A model generated the notes under the pieces. That model made no database searches. It worked only from the letters and a program-made list of their open reading frames with translations, and was not told the origin of the DNA. From the IMG/VR virus record IMGVR_UViG_3300042887_000846: a DNA stretch of 64,000 bases. One strand, given 5' to 3'. Numbering within the stretch: the first letter of the stretch is position 1; the number at the start of each line of letters is the position of its first letter. The stretch is from an uncultured virus (IMG/VR IMGVR_UViG_3300042887_000846) (lineage: Duplodnaviria > Heunggongvirae > Uroviricota > Caudoviricetes). The position numbers and the translations under genes were made by a program. Shown piece by piece: positions 39,625 to 50,033 of this stretch.

Positions 39625-42600
39625 TTACGCAGACTGGGTTGGCGTACCATATATGGCAGCGGCGATTAGTGGATAATCTTTGTCCAAATCTTCTAATTCT
39701 TGCACAGTAGATTCCCATGTTGCTATAGCATCATCATATGCATCTTTGGCCTCATCGATTGAGGGGTCACCCGGTGGTAATGTATTTTGTGCGGTCAACC
39801 ATTCGTCAAGTGCGATTGCTATGTTGTTTTCATCTTCAAGACGTTGAAGCACTAATTCACCTTGTGCCAAAATGTATTCAGTCTTTTGAGTATCAAAGTC
39901 TGCCGCTATACCCTTAACGGCTTCATCTACTTCACCAAAGTTCGGCGCCGGTATACCAGGATCTCCTAATGTGCTGGATATAGCATCAGTTAGGCTTGCT
40001 CTGTCAGTTGTATTCAAGGCAATACTTGGAATCTTGATTCCCGATCCAGATGATGTCAATGAGGACAACGCAGATTGTAACTGGCTGGCAGCGCCCGGTG
40101 GTAGCACCGATGATAATAGTTCTTTCACACCGCCGATTTGTGTCTGTGCTCCATCAAGCAATGCCTGTGCATTTGCTGTCAACTGATTGACGCCGGTTAG
40201 TGCTGTAGCGAACGATCCTGTGATAGCGTCTTTCAATGTATCAGTTCCGGGCAATGCAGGTAAAGAACCAGATCCTAGATTTGTTACTGCTGCGGCTACT
40301 CCGGCTCCTCCCGGTAATTTGCTTAAGCCGCTCGCCACTGTTGATGTCACAGACGATGTGATACCGCTTGCTATAGTATTGGCTGCACCTATCAATGCAT
40401 TCTTGTTGAGTGGGTTAGATTGATTAGGCGTTGCAAAGGCCGCAACTGTTGAATCTGCCGCCTTAGCGACTCCTGTCAATTTACTCATAGCAGATGACAC
40501 CGCAGTATTACCTAACGCACCCGCCAAGCCTTGGCTTGCTTTTTCTAGACTGTCTGCTAAAGAAGATCCATTGGGTAATGCGTTTGATAATGCTCCGGAT
40601 ATACCACCGGTCGGTACTGCGGCTAATAAATCATCGGCTAAGCCAGACGCCGCAGCCTCGAGGTCTTCCAATGTGTCTGTCGCTATGGCCATAGTTTCTT
40701 CAGCAGCCTGCTTAGCCAACTCGGTTAGATTCTGTGGTACGTTTGGCTCCATTGGTTTCATGGATGCCGCTATTGATTGGAACGCTGATGCTGCCAGTCC
40801 CTTAGTCGATTCTATGACACCAGATAGTGAAGGTGATTGTTGTGTTAGTGCTGATACAGAATCTTGCAATCCTGATATCGCTCCGTTTATTCCTTCACCA
40901 ACTGCTGCCGCAAAATTTCCAGATGATATATCACCTAATATAGCATTGGCTTGATTAGTTAGACCATCTAATGCTGCACCGGAACCTATTTGCTGTATGG
41001 CTCCTATAGTGTCTGTGATTCCTTTTGTAGCACCTGCCAATACTGCACCGCCTATCTGAGATGCGGTCTCTGCTCCTGATAACACACCGGAGTTTTGTAA
41101 TGTAGTCTGTGCTTTTTGGAATGTAGTTGACAATGCGGTTGCTTGCGCGCCCACGTTGCTCACAAGTTGATTCAATGTTTGTGCGCCAGGCTGTCCAGTA
41201 AACAAATTATTTGTCATACTAGTTACTGCATTACCGGTGGTGGCTGCTAATGAATTAATTAGTGCTGAACTGCCCGGTTTGATAGTACCTGCTTGTTCTA
41301 GTTGTCCAGGAGTTAGTGCGAATTTACCTACACCCACTTGTACGCTATTACCAACATTGGCTACAGTCACACCTTGCGTCACGGCATTAGCCAATGGGCC
41401 AGTAGGTGCTGCTTGTGCCACTGCACCAGTCATGGCAGTAGTTACATCTGTATTCAAGGCTTTACTTGCCGCAGGAACTTCAGGTGCTGCCGCAGCCGTA
41501 GAAGTTCTAACAGGATTATCTAGTACAGATGCCGCGGCTTCATTTGTATTGCTCACGGCTGTAGGCGGCGCTTCTGGCAATTGTGTGCTTGCATTCAAAT
41601 CTACTTTAACATCTACACCTTGACCAGCATTAGACCACGGCGCATGTGCAGGAGCGCGGCTTGTAATGCTGACTAATTTTGCAGGTGCTGCCAAGAAACC
41701 CTTCACGCTATCAAATAATGTATCTGTATGTAATACTTTATCGATTGCAGGCACATCAGTTGGTCTAGTACCAGTCTGTCCTGAATTTAAATTTACTTTG
41801 CTGCCATTAACATATGCAATAGAAGTACTTGCCATGCTTATATCGCCGGAACTTTCCATGCTCATGGCTCCTGTAACTTTGGTCAAATGTTTACCCAAAG
41901 CAGATAAACTATAGTCAGTTCCTACTCTAGTTTTTAATTCTTTTTCAGTATTAATATGGATATTTTCACCTTGAAGATTCAAGTTTTTCGTAGCATGAAT
42001 ATTCACATTATTATCAGCGTGTAAGTTAAGATCACCTTGTGTTCGTAAATTTATAGAGTTTGTAGCATAAACATCTACGGTGCCTTCTTTACCTAACTCA
42101 ATGTAACTTTGTCCATTGCTATGTAACAGCATCAATGTTTGACCATCATCGCTCATCAATATCTGATGACCTAAACTAGTTCTAATTCTTACTAGGTTAT
42201 CACGACCGATCACGTCACCATCATCCATGACAATGCTATGACCACCTCTGCGTGATACTACTCTTAATTTCTGTGAGTTGTCTGCTTTTAGATTTGATGC
42301 GATTTGTTTATCATCATATCCACCCTCATATATAGGTCTACCCGGTGTGATGATACCCCAACCTACTCTGCTCGGTGTTTCTCTTTGCGAACTAGAACCT
42401 ATAGGACCTCTTATAGGATCACGCAATATACCTTGCTGAAACATAATAGCAGATGTATAACTATGTACAGGTTTAGGAGCAGTCAAATATTCTGAACTGT
42501 CTGCTACATCTTTGTTGTTTAAGTTGATATTCGTTACTGGCAATCGTAATGCGCCGCCATAACTGTTTGCTTCACCGCCGTTTGGTATGATGTTATCAGT

Positions 42601-43020
42601 TGCACCAATGGCAGGTATCATCTGTAGTGCTTCTGGTTGTGGCACAGAACCTATATAGAAACCATAGTTCAAATCACCTTCAACGAATATACATAATACT
42701 GTCGTGCCGATATCGGGTGGACTCATCCACATACCATAACTGCTTGGATTTGTTTTATATGTTCCAAGACTGTCACCAGCGGCATCGCCCCTGGTATATC
42801 CAAAGAAAGGACTCAACATCTGTACAGGACGCCAACTATCTTTGTTGTCAGGATCTAATCCGCTGTTGTCAGTAAGATAGACCATCAATTGGCCCATGCG
42901 TTTAGGATCGACATTATCTTTGACGATACCTAATGCAGGTACTAATCTAGGATTAGCACCACCTGCTTCAGGACTGCTTCTCTTAAGCGTGCCTGCTGGT
43001 TTTTGAATATCTACTGCCAT
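39625..43020 (-). CDS. Baseplate central spike (gp5/VgrG-like) with long Ala-rich C-terminal extension
   Basis: OB-fold motifs DPKRMGQL...YGMWMSPPDIGTTVLCIF; beta-helix GHSIVMDD...GHQILMSD...GQSYIEL; ~650-aa low-complexity tail. Confidence 0.8.
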   Translation of the reverse strand: MAVDIQKPAGTLKRSSPEAGGANPRLVPALGIVKDNVDPKRMGQLMVYLTDNSGLDPDNKDSWRPVQMLSPFFGYTRGDAAGDSLGTYKTNPSSYGMWMSPPDIGTTVLCIFVEGDLNYGFYIGSVPQPEALQMIPAIGATDNIIPNGGEANSYGGALRLPVTNINLNNKDVADSSEYLTAPKPVHSYTSAIMFQQGILRDPIRGPIGSSSQRETPSRVGWGIITPGRPIYEGGYDDKQIASNLKADNSQKLRVVSRRGGHSIVMDDGDVIGRDNLVRIRTSLGHQILMSDDGQTLMLLHSNGQSYIELGKEGTVDVYATNSINLRTQGDLNLHADNNVNIHATKNLNLQGENIHINTEKELKTRVGTDYSLSALGKHLTKVTGAMSMESSGDISMASTSIAYVNGSKVNLNSGQTGTRPTDVPAIDKVLHTDTLFDSVKGFLAAPAKLVSITSRAPAHAPWSNAGQGVDVKVDLNASTQLPEAPPTAVSNTNEAAASVLDNPVRTSTAAAAPEVPAASKALNTDVTTAMTGAVAQAAPTGPLANAVTQGVTVANVGNSVQVGVGKFALTPGQLEQAGTIKPGSSALINSLAATTGNAVTSMTNNLFTGQPGAQTLNQLVSNVGAQATALSTTFQKAQTTLQNSGVLSGAETASQIGGAVLAGATKGITDTIGAIQQIGSGAALDGLTNQANAILGDISSGNFAAAVGEGINGAISGLQDSVSALTQQSPSLSGVIESTKGLAASAFQSIAASMKPMEPNVPQNLTELAKQAAEETMAIATDTLEDLEAAASGLADDLLAAVPTGGISGALSNALPNGSSLADSLEKASQGLAGALGNTAVSSAMSKLTGVAKAADSTVAAFATPNQSNPLNKNALIGAANTIASGITSSVTSTVASGLSKLPGGAGVAAAVTNLGSGSLPALPGTDTLKDAITGSFATALTGVNQLTANAQALLDGAQTQIGGVKELLSSVLPPGAASQLQSALSSLTSSGSGIKIPSIALNTTDRASLTDAISSTLGDPGIPAPNFGEVDEAVKGIAADFDTQKTEYILAQGELVLQRLEDENNIAIALDEWLTAQNTLPPGDPSIDEAKDAYDDAIATWESTVQELEDLDKDYPLIAAAIYGTPTQSA

Positions 43021-43031
43021 GCCTTATCTCC

Positions 43032-45404
43032 TTAACCGTCTCTTCCTAAATCTTCTAATCCATCTTTTTCAAGACCATCCTTATCAAGCGCATCAGGATC
43101 AGTGGCTGCGGCTGCGCCAGTGCCGGTAGTTGTCGTCCCCCCAGACGGACCGCCTGTGCCAACAGGAGGGGGTTCGCCGGTATCAAATGGTGCCATGATA
43201 AGATGTAATGTCTGTGTGAATGTTCCGCTTGAGAACACACTATCTACTTCTACTAATTCATATATGATCGCGCCTTGTGTCATATCTTTGATATATTGCG
43301 GATAATTCAAGAAAAATATACTTTCATTGATCTGCATGAGACCATCACTATGAGTATAATCAGTTGCTTCATTGAATTTGACTTCAATGAATATTTGACC
43401 TCCCTGTGCGCTTACAGTGTATCCATTTGTATCATAAAATTTATTATATAACTCTGTTATAGAAGTGGCTGCATCACGTATCAAGAAATCAGGATCGCCC
43501 ATTATTCGTATTTGTCCGCTACTGAATGCTTCAATATCATGAAGACTAGTAACGATACTATTTTGAGCTTCCAATCCTACTGCCAATGTACCTGTTCTAT
43601 TCGCATTTGATTTAACACCGGGTTGTACGCTAGTACCGCCTGCTGTTGCAGTGCCCGCGCTAGCGTCTCTAGTGCCTGGCGGCGGAGGATCTGCTTTGGT
43701 ACCTTTATTGTTAGACGTAGTTTTTCCGTCACCTGATGTAGGCCCTGATCCAGGACCACTAGCACCCTGTTCTCTTCCTCCGCCCTCTGAATTCGCTTGT
43801 CCTATTAGTTTGAAATCTTTTGATTCTATACCCAACACAGTGTTGAAGAATAGATTATTAAAGGTTAATTGATAGTCCAATACTTCGCTATTTTGACCAG
43901 TGAACCAATAATCATAACGTTTATGTGCGCCATAATATCTATTAGTATCAGGCGCGAATGGTGTCATGACTGCGGGTATCTCATATGTTGTTATCACATA
44001 ACTAGTCACCATAGCCCAGTCTTGCAGTTTAGGATCCCATTGTAGACTTCTTATGTCACAACTCACATTGAACCAAGATAATGGTACAGGATTCTCTCTA
44101 TCGATCTGAGGATTGTTCTTTTGATTAGGATCAGGTTGTTTAGTGTTTGAATAGATCGTCTTCAATGCCTGTTCCATATAAGAACTTTTCTTGATGATCT
44201 GTTCTATAGCCTGCATGATAGAAACATCATTATTAAACGTGAACATTCTTTCGTTAGGATCAGGCGGTTTGGCACCCTTAGCCTCTGTCGCTTCTACTGT
44301 GTTTCTAGCATTAGAGCCGGGCCAGCGTGTCTTATCTAAGTCTGATTGTGTGACGATGCTAGCCTTACCTATTCTTGCTTCTGCATCTCCTTGGTATACT
44401 ACTTGATATACGTTAGGATATGTAGAGTCCGGAGGATCTTTGCTTGACTTAGCAACTTCAGTAGCATTGATCTTAGTGAACAGTCCATTAGGGCCCTGTA
44501 ATGCGTCATCTACTGTGCCACCTTGTATCCTCAAGCCGGTAGGCATTCTACCTCTCTTGACTCCCAATAGTGCCTGTGCATTCATACCCACGGCTTCAAC
44601 ATTATAAACGACTGCTCTGCCGTCTAATTTGAATTTCACATTTGATATTTGTATGTCGTAGTAATTTTCAAATAGTGCCCCTGAACCTAACGGGTCTATA
44701 GGCTCACCATATAATTCTGTAGGTGCTGTGACTTCTCTGCCATTTATATCATATCCGTAAAATCTTATTCCTAAGATATAGATTTGTTTGAAGTCATTAG
44801 TTAACTGCTTATATTCAGTGGTATCATTATATCTTTTTAATGCGTCTGTCGCTTTTTTTAGATTAGTTAAAAAACTGAAACCATATGGTTCTGTTATAGT
44901 GAATGAAAAATCTGCTACGGCACTGGTGTTTGTACCAGCAGATTTACTGCTGGTCATAGTTTTAAATTTTAGATTATCTATATAATAATCTAATTCAAAA
45001 CCAGGAGCGCGGGCAGTTGTTGAGTTATTGGTACCCCCGCTTTGAGCGATCACGAATGCACCTGATGAGATTTCCCCATTGACCGGACCTGCATTAGTCA
45101 ATGCTTGTATCTTTTGTCTACCGCTAGCCACAAACTGTTCGTATGCGTCTGGGGTAATCATGTACAGGCTAATATTATATGTATAACTAGCCAATTTACT
45201 TAATGGATTGTATAATCTTTTTCCAGGTCTACCGGTACCACCTCTACCGCTAGGTCCAGGATTCACTGTAGTGCCAGTGGCATTACCCCGACTTGATATG
45301 GTTGTCGCTACTCCTGATCCTGCTGCTACTACGTTTTGTAGTTGTCCTAGAGATGTTTTAGCAAGATTATTTAAATCGTCATCTACTTGATTAACATTTG
45401 ACAT
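43032..45404 (-). CDS. Putative baseplate hub protein
   Basis: Lies between gp53-like and gp5-like genes; ITEPYG, I-GDPDF and C-terminal FSSGTFTQTL hub-type motifs. Confidence 0.55.
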   Translation of the reverse strand: MSNVNQVDDDLNNLAKTSLGQLQNVVAAGSGVATTISSRGNATGTTVNPGPSGRGGTGRPGKRLYNPLSKLASYTYNISLYMITPDAYEQFVASGRQKIQALTNAGPVNGEISSGAFVIAQSGGTNNSTTARAPGFELDYYIDNLKFKTMTSSKSAGTNTSAVADFSFTITEPYGFSFLTNLKKATDALKRYNDTTEYKQLTNDFKQIYILGIRFYGYDINGREVTAPTELYGEPIDPLGSGALFENYYDIQISNVKFKLDGRAVVYNVEAVGMNAQALLGVKRGRMPTGLRIQGGTVDDALQGPNGLFTKINATEVAKSSKDPPDSTYPNVYQVVYQGDAEARIGKASIVTQSDLDKTRWPGSNARNTVEATEAKGAKPPDPNERMFTFNNDVSIMQAIEQIIKKSSYMEQALKTIYSNTKQPDPNQKNNPQIDRENPVPLSWFNVSCDIRSLQWDPKLQDWAMVTSYVITTYEIPAVMTPFAPDTNRYYGAHKRYDYWFTGQNSEVLDYQLTFNNLFFNTVLGIESKDFKLIGQANSEGGGREQGASGPGSGPTSGDGKTTSNNKGTKADPPPPGTRDASAGTATAGGTSVQPGVKSNANRTGTLAVGLEAQNSIVTSLHDIEAFSSGQIRIMGDPDFLIRDAATSITELYNKFYDTNGYTVSAQGGQIFIEVKFNEATDYTHSDGLMQINESIFFLNYPQYIKDMTQGAIIYELVEVDSVFSSGTFTQTLHLIMAPFDTGEPPPVGTGGPSGGTTTTGTGAAAATDPDALDKDGLEKDGLEDLGRDG

Positions 45405-45407
45405 TTA

Positions 45408-45722
45408 TCAAATACCCAATACCTGTTGTAGTGATGTCAGTTTAGGGATATAAAATTCTACGCCTGCAACGAAATCGAAATAAGGATCAAACCCTAATCT
45501 ATTAGGATTTCGTGCGGCGAATACCCACCACAATCTGCTGTCATTATATAAGTCGTTAGCAAGAAGATCAGGACGATATTGATACACCGCCGGTAGTGTA
45601 TACAGCACATCACTAGGTTGACTAGGTATACGTCTGTTCACCATGAAGTCTAAAAACTTTTCATTAAACACACCCGTATCATTATACGGACTAGTTTTAG
45701 GATATAGACTGTTTGTAGCCAT
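45408..45722 (-). CDS. LysM-like baseplate wedge protein (gp53/tail X-like)
   Basis: RPDLLANDLYNDSRLWWVFAARNP. Confidence 0.75.
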   Translation of the reverse strand: MATNSLYPKTSPYNDTGVFNEKFLDFMVNRRIPSQPSDVLYTLPAVYQYRPDLLANDLYNDSRLWWVFAARNPNRLGFDPYFDFVAGVEFYIPKLTSLQQVLGI

Positions 45723-47269
45723 TACCAGAATCCTCCACTCTTACGTTTAACACCCTGCAACAACGAACCATTAGCATAATCTTTGACGCTAAAGTTATTG
45801 CTGACATCATATCTACTTACTATTGGTAAGGCACTGATGCTAATATTCATCTTTGTAGGAACATACGTAGGCTCTTTTGTGCCCGGTGGATATGCTGCAT
45901 TGAATCTATTAGACATACCAAACTGGTATCCTTGCGATGAACCGCCCGGTTGCAATTTCAAGCCTAATGCATTTCCCACTGCCGCAATGCCCTGATCTAA
46001 TCTTGCTTGAATCTCACCCTGAATTAAAGAACCGGCTGATTTCAAAAATGATTTGGTCTGTCCGGCGTCTGCTGTAGCACCCCTATTCACGCCGGCTGCT
46101 TGTGTGACTTCTCCGGCTCTTATATAATCTACGTCAGGTGGCAGGCTATATGTAAAGTTATTAATGACTAATGGGTGTGCATTGAATTGAAACTCGCCCA
46201 TACCAAAAATATACACTAACGGCGGTGGTGTGCCAGGTTTTGGATTTTGGTCTTGACCATAAAACATCTTAGTCGCTGACCTTAAAAAATGTATGACTGC
46301 TAATAGATATTTTGCCTCTTCACTGTCTTGTGCAGTAAAGTCGCAAGTTATAGTGAATGAATCTACATAACTATTTTCATATTGGAATATCTTGTAATTG
46401 CTATGTACCGGGTTATTGCTCTGATAGTTAGCACCGTATGTCACGCTGATGGTAGGTGTATATGGAAATATGATACCATCAGTTCTTCTTAGTGGTTCCA
46501 ATAACACGTTCTGTTCGTCATTATAAAGATAGTATGATCCGGGACTCAAACTCAATTTCACGCGCCAGTCAGGCGTCTGTAAGAAATTGGCTTCGTCTTG
46601 TAATGTCGTTTGTGATTGTGCATCGATAATATCACCGTCTAAGCCTTGATTAGTGTTATCGTCACCCAAGAACTCATCTGTATCACCATCAATACCTAAG
46701 AAATCATCTGTATCACCATCAATACCTAAGAAATCATCTTCATCTCCAATTGGAGGTTCGGTTAGGCCGGTGCCGTCTACGAAATCATCAACTTCTGGTA
46801 AAGGTTCGTCATCTATAATCTCAGCATCCTCATCTAAAAACTCTTCATCAGGTTCAGCGGTTCCCGGTGTTCCTGTACCGGGATTGCTTTTACTTGTAGT
46901 AGCCTTTTGCGATGCTGCCAATCTATCATTAGATGTTTTTATAGCGGCTCTTAAATTGCTTATTCCGGCGCTTATCGCTTCTCTAGTTTGGAATAGTCTA
47001 AAACTATATTCATCACCGTAAGTTATAACATCTGCACAATTGCCTTCTTCTGCTTCATCAAGAAGAAAATCAAGTTGATCTTCCAGATCGGAAATCTTAT
47101 CTCTGGTATTGATTAGTTGATTTAATGCACTGGTTGCGACACCTACTTGATCTGTTTGTGCGGCATTAAGACCGCTGGATAACGTTGTACCCCATTGCGA
47201 ATTGAGGCTATTATATGTAGATGCTATCGCACTTACTTCGGATCCTAGCGCCGCACAATTTATGGCCAT
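45722..47269 (-). CDS. Tail tube initiator-like protein with N-terminal helical/acidic extension
   Basis: FPYTPTI...DFTAQ...HFLRSATKM...PPPLV...LVINNFTY resembles contractile tube-initiator folds. Confidence 0.6.
   Translation of the reverse strand: MAINCAALGSEVSAIASTYNSLNSQWGTTLSSGLNAAQTDQVGVATSALNQLINTRDKISDLEDQLDFLLDEAEEGNCADVITYGDEYSFRLFQTREAISAGISNLRAAIKTSNDRLAASQKATTSKSNPGTGTPGTAEPDEEFLDEDAEIIDDEPLPEVDDFVDGTGLTEPPIGDEDDFLGIDGDTDDFLGIDGDTDEFLGDDNTNQGLDGDIIDAQSQTTLQDEANFLQTPDWRVKLSLSPGSYYLYNDEQNVLLEPLRRTDGIIFPYTPTISVTYGANYQSNNPVHSNYKIFQYENSYVDSFTITCDFTAQDSEEAKYLLAVIHFLRSATKMFYGQDQNPKPGTPPPLVYIFGMGEFQFNAHPLVINNFTYSLPPDVDYIRAGEVTQAAGVNRGATADAGQTKSFLKSAGSLIQGEIQARLDQGIAAVGNALGLKLQPGGSSQGYQFGMSNRFNAAYPPGTKEPTYVPTKMNISISALPIVSRYDVSNNFSVKDYANGSLLQGVKRKSGGFW
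46674..46739. repeat. Perfect 30-bp tandem duplication (2.2 copies) within CDS
   Basis: TCATCTGTATCACCATCAATACCTAAGAAA x2, encoding DDFLGIDGDT repeats. Confidence 0.9.
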
Positions 47270-47294
47270 ATCGTTTCTCTTCAGTTACAGACCG

Positions 47295-47323
47295 CATAAA
47301 TAGCATGTCTGCATATATTTATC
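47295..47323. promoter_or_regulatory. Opposed pair of late-promoter-like motifs (CATAAATA +, GATAAATA -)
   Basis: Seen in the divergent intergenic region between the tail module and the gp55-like gene. Confidence 0.55.
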
Positions 47324-47356
47324 GCCACAAAAATCACCGAATTTTACCCTCTTCTG

Positions 47357-47385
47357 TTGCTTTTGCGCAACAAAAGATGTATCAT
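47357..47385 (+). promoter_or_regulatory. Sigma70-like promoter TTGCTT-N17-TATCAT
   Basis: 17-nt spacing upstream of the gp55-like gene, which has a GAGGA SD. Confidence 0.5.
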
Positions 47386-47413
47386 TCTTTCTATGACAAT
47401 AAGAGAGGAATAG

Positions 47414-48310
47414 ATGTCTACCGCCAAAAAACCCGTTAACTACTTAAACAATAAAGATATTCTGAAAGAAATACATGCTAGCAAGACTAGTTACTGTAGT
47501 TTCTCACGACAAGAATATCATCAGTATGATCTGATAATTGATGCTCCGTTAGAACCGTTAGAGAAAAACCTAGCACAGATATCAAGACCCAAAAACATCA
47601 AGGCTGCAAAAGAAGTCAGAGCCGCAAGATTAATGTTAGAGACGGGTGAGGAAGTTAAACTCAAAGACATCCCTGTAACTGATTTAGTATTTCGTGTAAT
47701 GACTTGGGAGCATGTTCCCATGAACCCAAAGCAAGCCAGAAAAGTAGTTAAGAAAAAGACTGCTAGAGATATCCTAGACTTTGATGATCTTGAAGAAGAA
47801 AATCTATTTGAAGATTTAGAAGATACAACAACCAAAGACGAAATAGATGACATGGTTCATGTCAAGGTAAACTTCCCGCCCTTTCAGCATTTCAAGATTG
47901 ACGAAAACGGTAGCGCAGTTTGTGTTGGTAAGAGTCATTGGACAGGCGGTGTCAAGACCGGCGAGTTTAGCAAGGATCATGGTCAATTGACAGACAAACT
48001 AGCACGTATGTTCATCATGCTTTGTGAGAAGTATGCTATGAAATTTAACTGGCGTGGCTACACATACAATGATGAGATGCGTAACAGCGCCATTCTTCAG
48101 TTGACATATGTTGGGTTACGATTCAATGAAGCAAAGAGTGCTAACCCGTTCGCTTATTACACAGCCGCTATCACGAATAGTTTCTGCCGTGTATTGAATA
48201 CCGAAAAGCGTAATCAAAATATCCGTGATGACATCTTAGAGATGAATGGGTTGAACCCAAGCCATTCTCGTCAAATGTCGGGTATGAAATTTGACAGTTA
48301 CGAAGAGTAA
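47414..48310 (+). CDS. Late-transcription sigma factor (T4 gp55-like)
   Basis: NYLNNKDIL; KFNWRGYTYNDEM...RFNEAKSANPFAYYT...NSFCRVLNTEK; adjacent to gp47/gp46 as in T4-like phages. Confidence 0.85.
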   Translation: MSTAKKPVNYLNNKDILKEIHASKTSYCSFSRQEYHQYDLIIDAPLEPLEKNLAQISRPKNIKAAKEVRAARLMLETGEEVKLKDIPVTDLVFRVMTWEHVPMNPKQARKVVKKKTARDILDFDDLEEENLFEDLEDTTTKDEIDDMVHVKVNFPPFQHFKIDENGSAVCVGKSHWTGGVKTGEFSKDHGQLTDKLARMFIMLCEKYAMKFNWRGYTYNDEMRNSAILQLTYVGLRFNEAKSANPFAYYTAAITNSFCRVLNTEKRNQNIRDDILEMNGLNPSHSRQMSGMKFDSYEE

Positions 48311-48319
48311 CCATAAAAC

Positions 48320-48348
48320 TTGAACAAATACAAAGAGTTATATAAAAT
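48320..48348 (+). promoter_or_regulatory. Sigma70-like promoter TTGAAC-N17-TAAAAT
   Basis: 17-nt spacing; predicted start falls on the ATG at 48355. Confidence 0.55.
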
Positions 48349-48354
48349 ATCTTG

Positions 48355-49371
48355 ATGTCTAATTTATTTAAAAAGGCAGCATGTTTTACTGATATACATT
48401 TTGGTCTAAAGAGCAACAGTCTTGAACACAATCAGGACTGCTCAGACTTTGTTGATTGGTTCATACAGACTGCCAAACAAGAAGGTTGCGATACTTGTAT
48501 TTTCTTGGGTGATTATAATCATCACCGCGCCAGCATCAACATACACACGATGCAATATGGATTGCGGGCCTTAGAAAAACTCAACGATGCATTCGATGTT
48601 GTTTATTTTATTCCCGGTAATCATGATTTATATTATCGTGACCGTAGAGATATTCACAGTGTTGAGTGGGCAAAACATCTATCCAATGTAGTTATCGTTA
48701 ACGATTGGTTCAATCAAGGTGATGTTATTATCGCGCCATGGTTAGTAGGCGATGATTATAAGAAGTTGGCTAAGATGAGTGGCAAATATCTATTCAGCCA
48801 TCTTGAATTACCCCATTTTTATATGAACGCTATGGTCGAGATGCCTGATGTGGGAGAGGTCAACGAAACCCATGTCAAACAATTCGATCAGGTGTTTAGC
48901 GGGCATTTTCATAAACGTCAAGCACGTAAGAACATTTGGTATATCGGTAATGCTTTTCCACATAATTATGCTGACGCCGGTGATGATCAGCGAGGCATGA
49001 TGATACTTGAATGGGGGCAAGATCCTATATTCAAAGCATGGCCTAAGCAGCCTGTTTTCCGTGTGTATAAGTTGAGCGAGATATTAGATAACCCTGATGG
49101 GTTGTTATTGCCCAGAAGCAACGTGCGAGTACACCTTGACATAGATATCAGTTATGAAGAGGCTAATTATATCAAAGAAACATTGATGCCTAAACATCTT
49201 TTACGTGAGATGGCATTGATACCTATGAAGTTAGAGCAACATCAACTTGACCTAGCACCGGGTGAGATCAAGTTTGAAAGCGTAGATCAGATCATCATGG
49301 ATCAAATCAGCAACATTGAGAGTCAATTCTACGATCAAAAAATATTATTAGACATCTACAAAAACCTATGA
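48355..49371 (+). CDS. Recombination nuclease (gp47/Mre11/SbcD-like metallophosphoesterase)
   Basis: DIHFG, LGD, GNHD, SH, SGHFH motifs. Confidence 0.92.
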   Translation: MSNLFKKAACFTDIHFGLKSNSLEHNQDCSDFVDWFIQTAKQEGCDTCIFLGDYNHHRASINIHTMQYGLRALEKLNDAFDVVYFIPGNHDLYYRDRRDIHSVEWAKHLSNVVIVNDWFNQGDVIIAPWLVGDDYKKLAKMSGKYLFSHLELPHFYMNAMVEMPDVGEVNETHVKQFDQVFSGHFHKRQARKNIWYIGNAFPHNYADAGDDQRGMMILEWGQDPIFKAWPKQPVFRVYKLSEILDNPDGLLLPRSNVRVHLDIDISYEEANYIKETLMPKHLLREMALIPMKLEQHQLDLAPGEIKFESVDQIIMDQISNIESQFYDQKILLDIYKNL

Positions 49372-50033
49372 AGCAAGTACATTATAGGAACATAGGTTTC
49401 CCTAAGACCGGCACTAATTGGTTGTGGGTTCAGTTCATGAGCCACCCACAAGTTGACTGTAGGCTACATACTATGTATAAAGAATACAGGGGTCATAGTC
49501 TAGATTCGTACAAAAAACTTTACGAAAAATACAATGTGTCTATAAATCTAGATACACATGCCTTCGCTAAGGTGTTTCCCGAAGGTCACTATATCAATCC
49601 TGATCGCATTCATGAACATACTACACATATCACTATGATATTGCGTAGCCCATACGAAGTAATGAATTCTATGTATAATCTTGAGAGAAATAGAAACGCT
49701 AACTATAAAGTTGAACCTAAAGAATATATCGAACGATATCACAAAACTTATGGTGATGCAAAACAAATATTCGAATACTGGAATACTTGTAAGATTCCAG
49801 TAAAGTATCTATTCTATGATGATCTAGTCAACGATCCCAAAACATATTTCTATAATATCTGCGATCACTTAGGTTTGAATAGATATTATAAAAACATAGG
49901 GATCAAATTCAAAACGGATATCAACAATCCATTAGTATTTGACAATGAAGACATAATCAAGTATATTAATGAAGGTATATCTGTGATAGAAGCAACATTA
50001 GATCGTGATCTATCACACTGGAAGCGCACATGA
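49368..50033 (+). CDS. Sulfotransferase-fold protein
   Basis: IGFPKTGTNWL (5'-PSB loop), SHPQV, LRSPYEVMNSMY (3'-PB), FYDDLVNDP...ICDHLGL. Confidence 0.7.
   Translation: MKQVHYRNIGFPKTGTNWLWVQFMSHPQVDCRLHTMYKEYRGHSLDSYKKLYEKYNVSINLDTHAFAKVFPEGHYINPDRIHEHTTHITMILRSPYEVMNSMYNLERNRNANYKVEPKEYIERYHKTYGDAKQIFEYWNTCKIPVKYLFYDDLVNDPKTYFYNICDHLGLNRYYKNIGIKFKTDINNPLVFDNEDIIKYINEGISVIEATLDRDLSHWKRT

Noticed and set aside
46674..46739. 30-bp repeat as CRISPR array
   Set aside because: Tandem with no spacers, in-frame within a CDS, and no cas genes.
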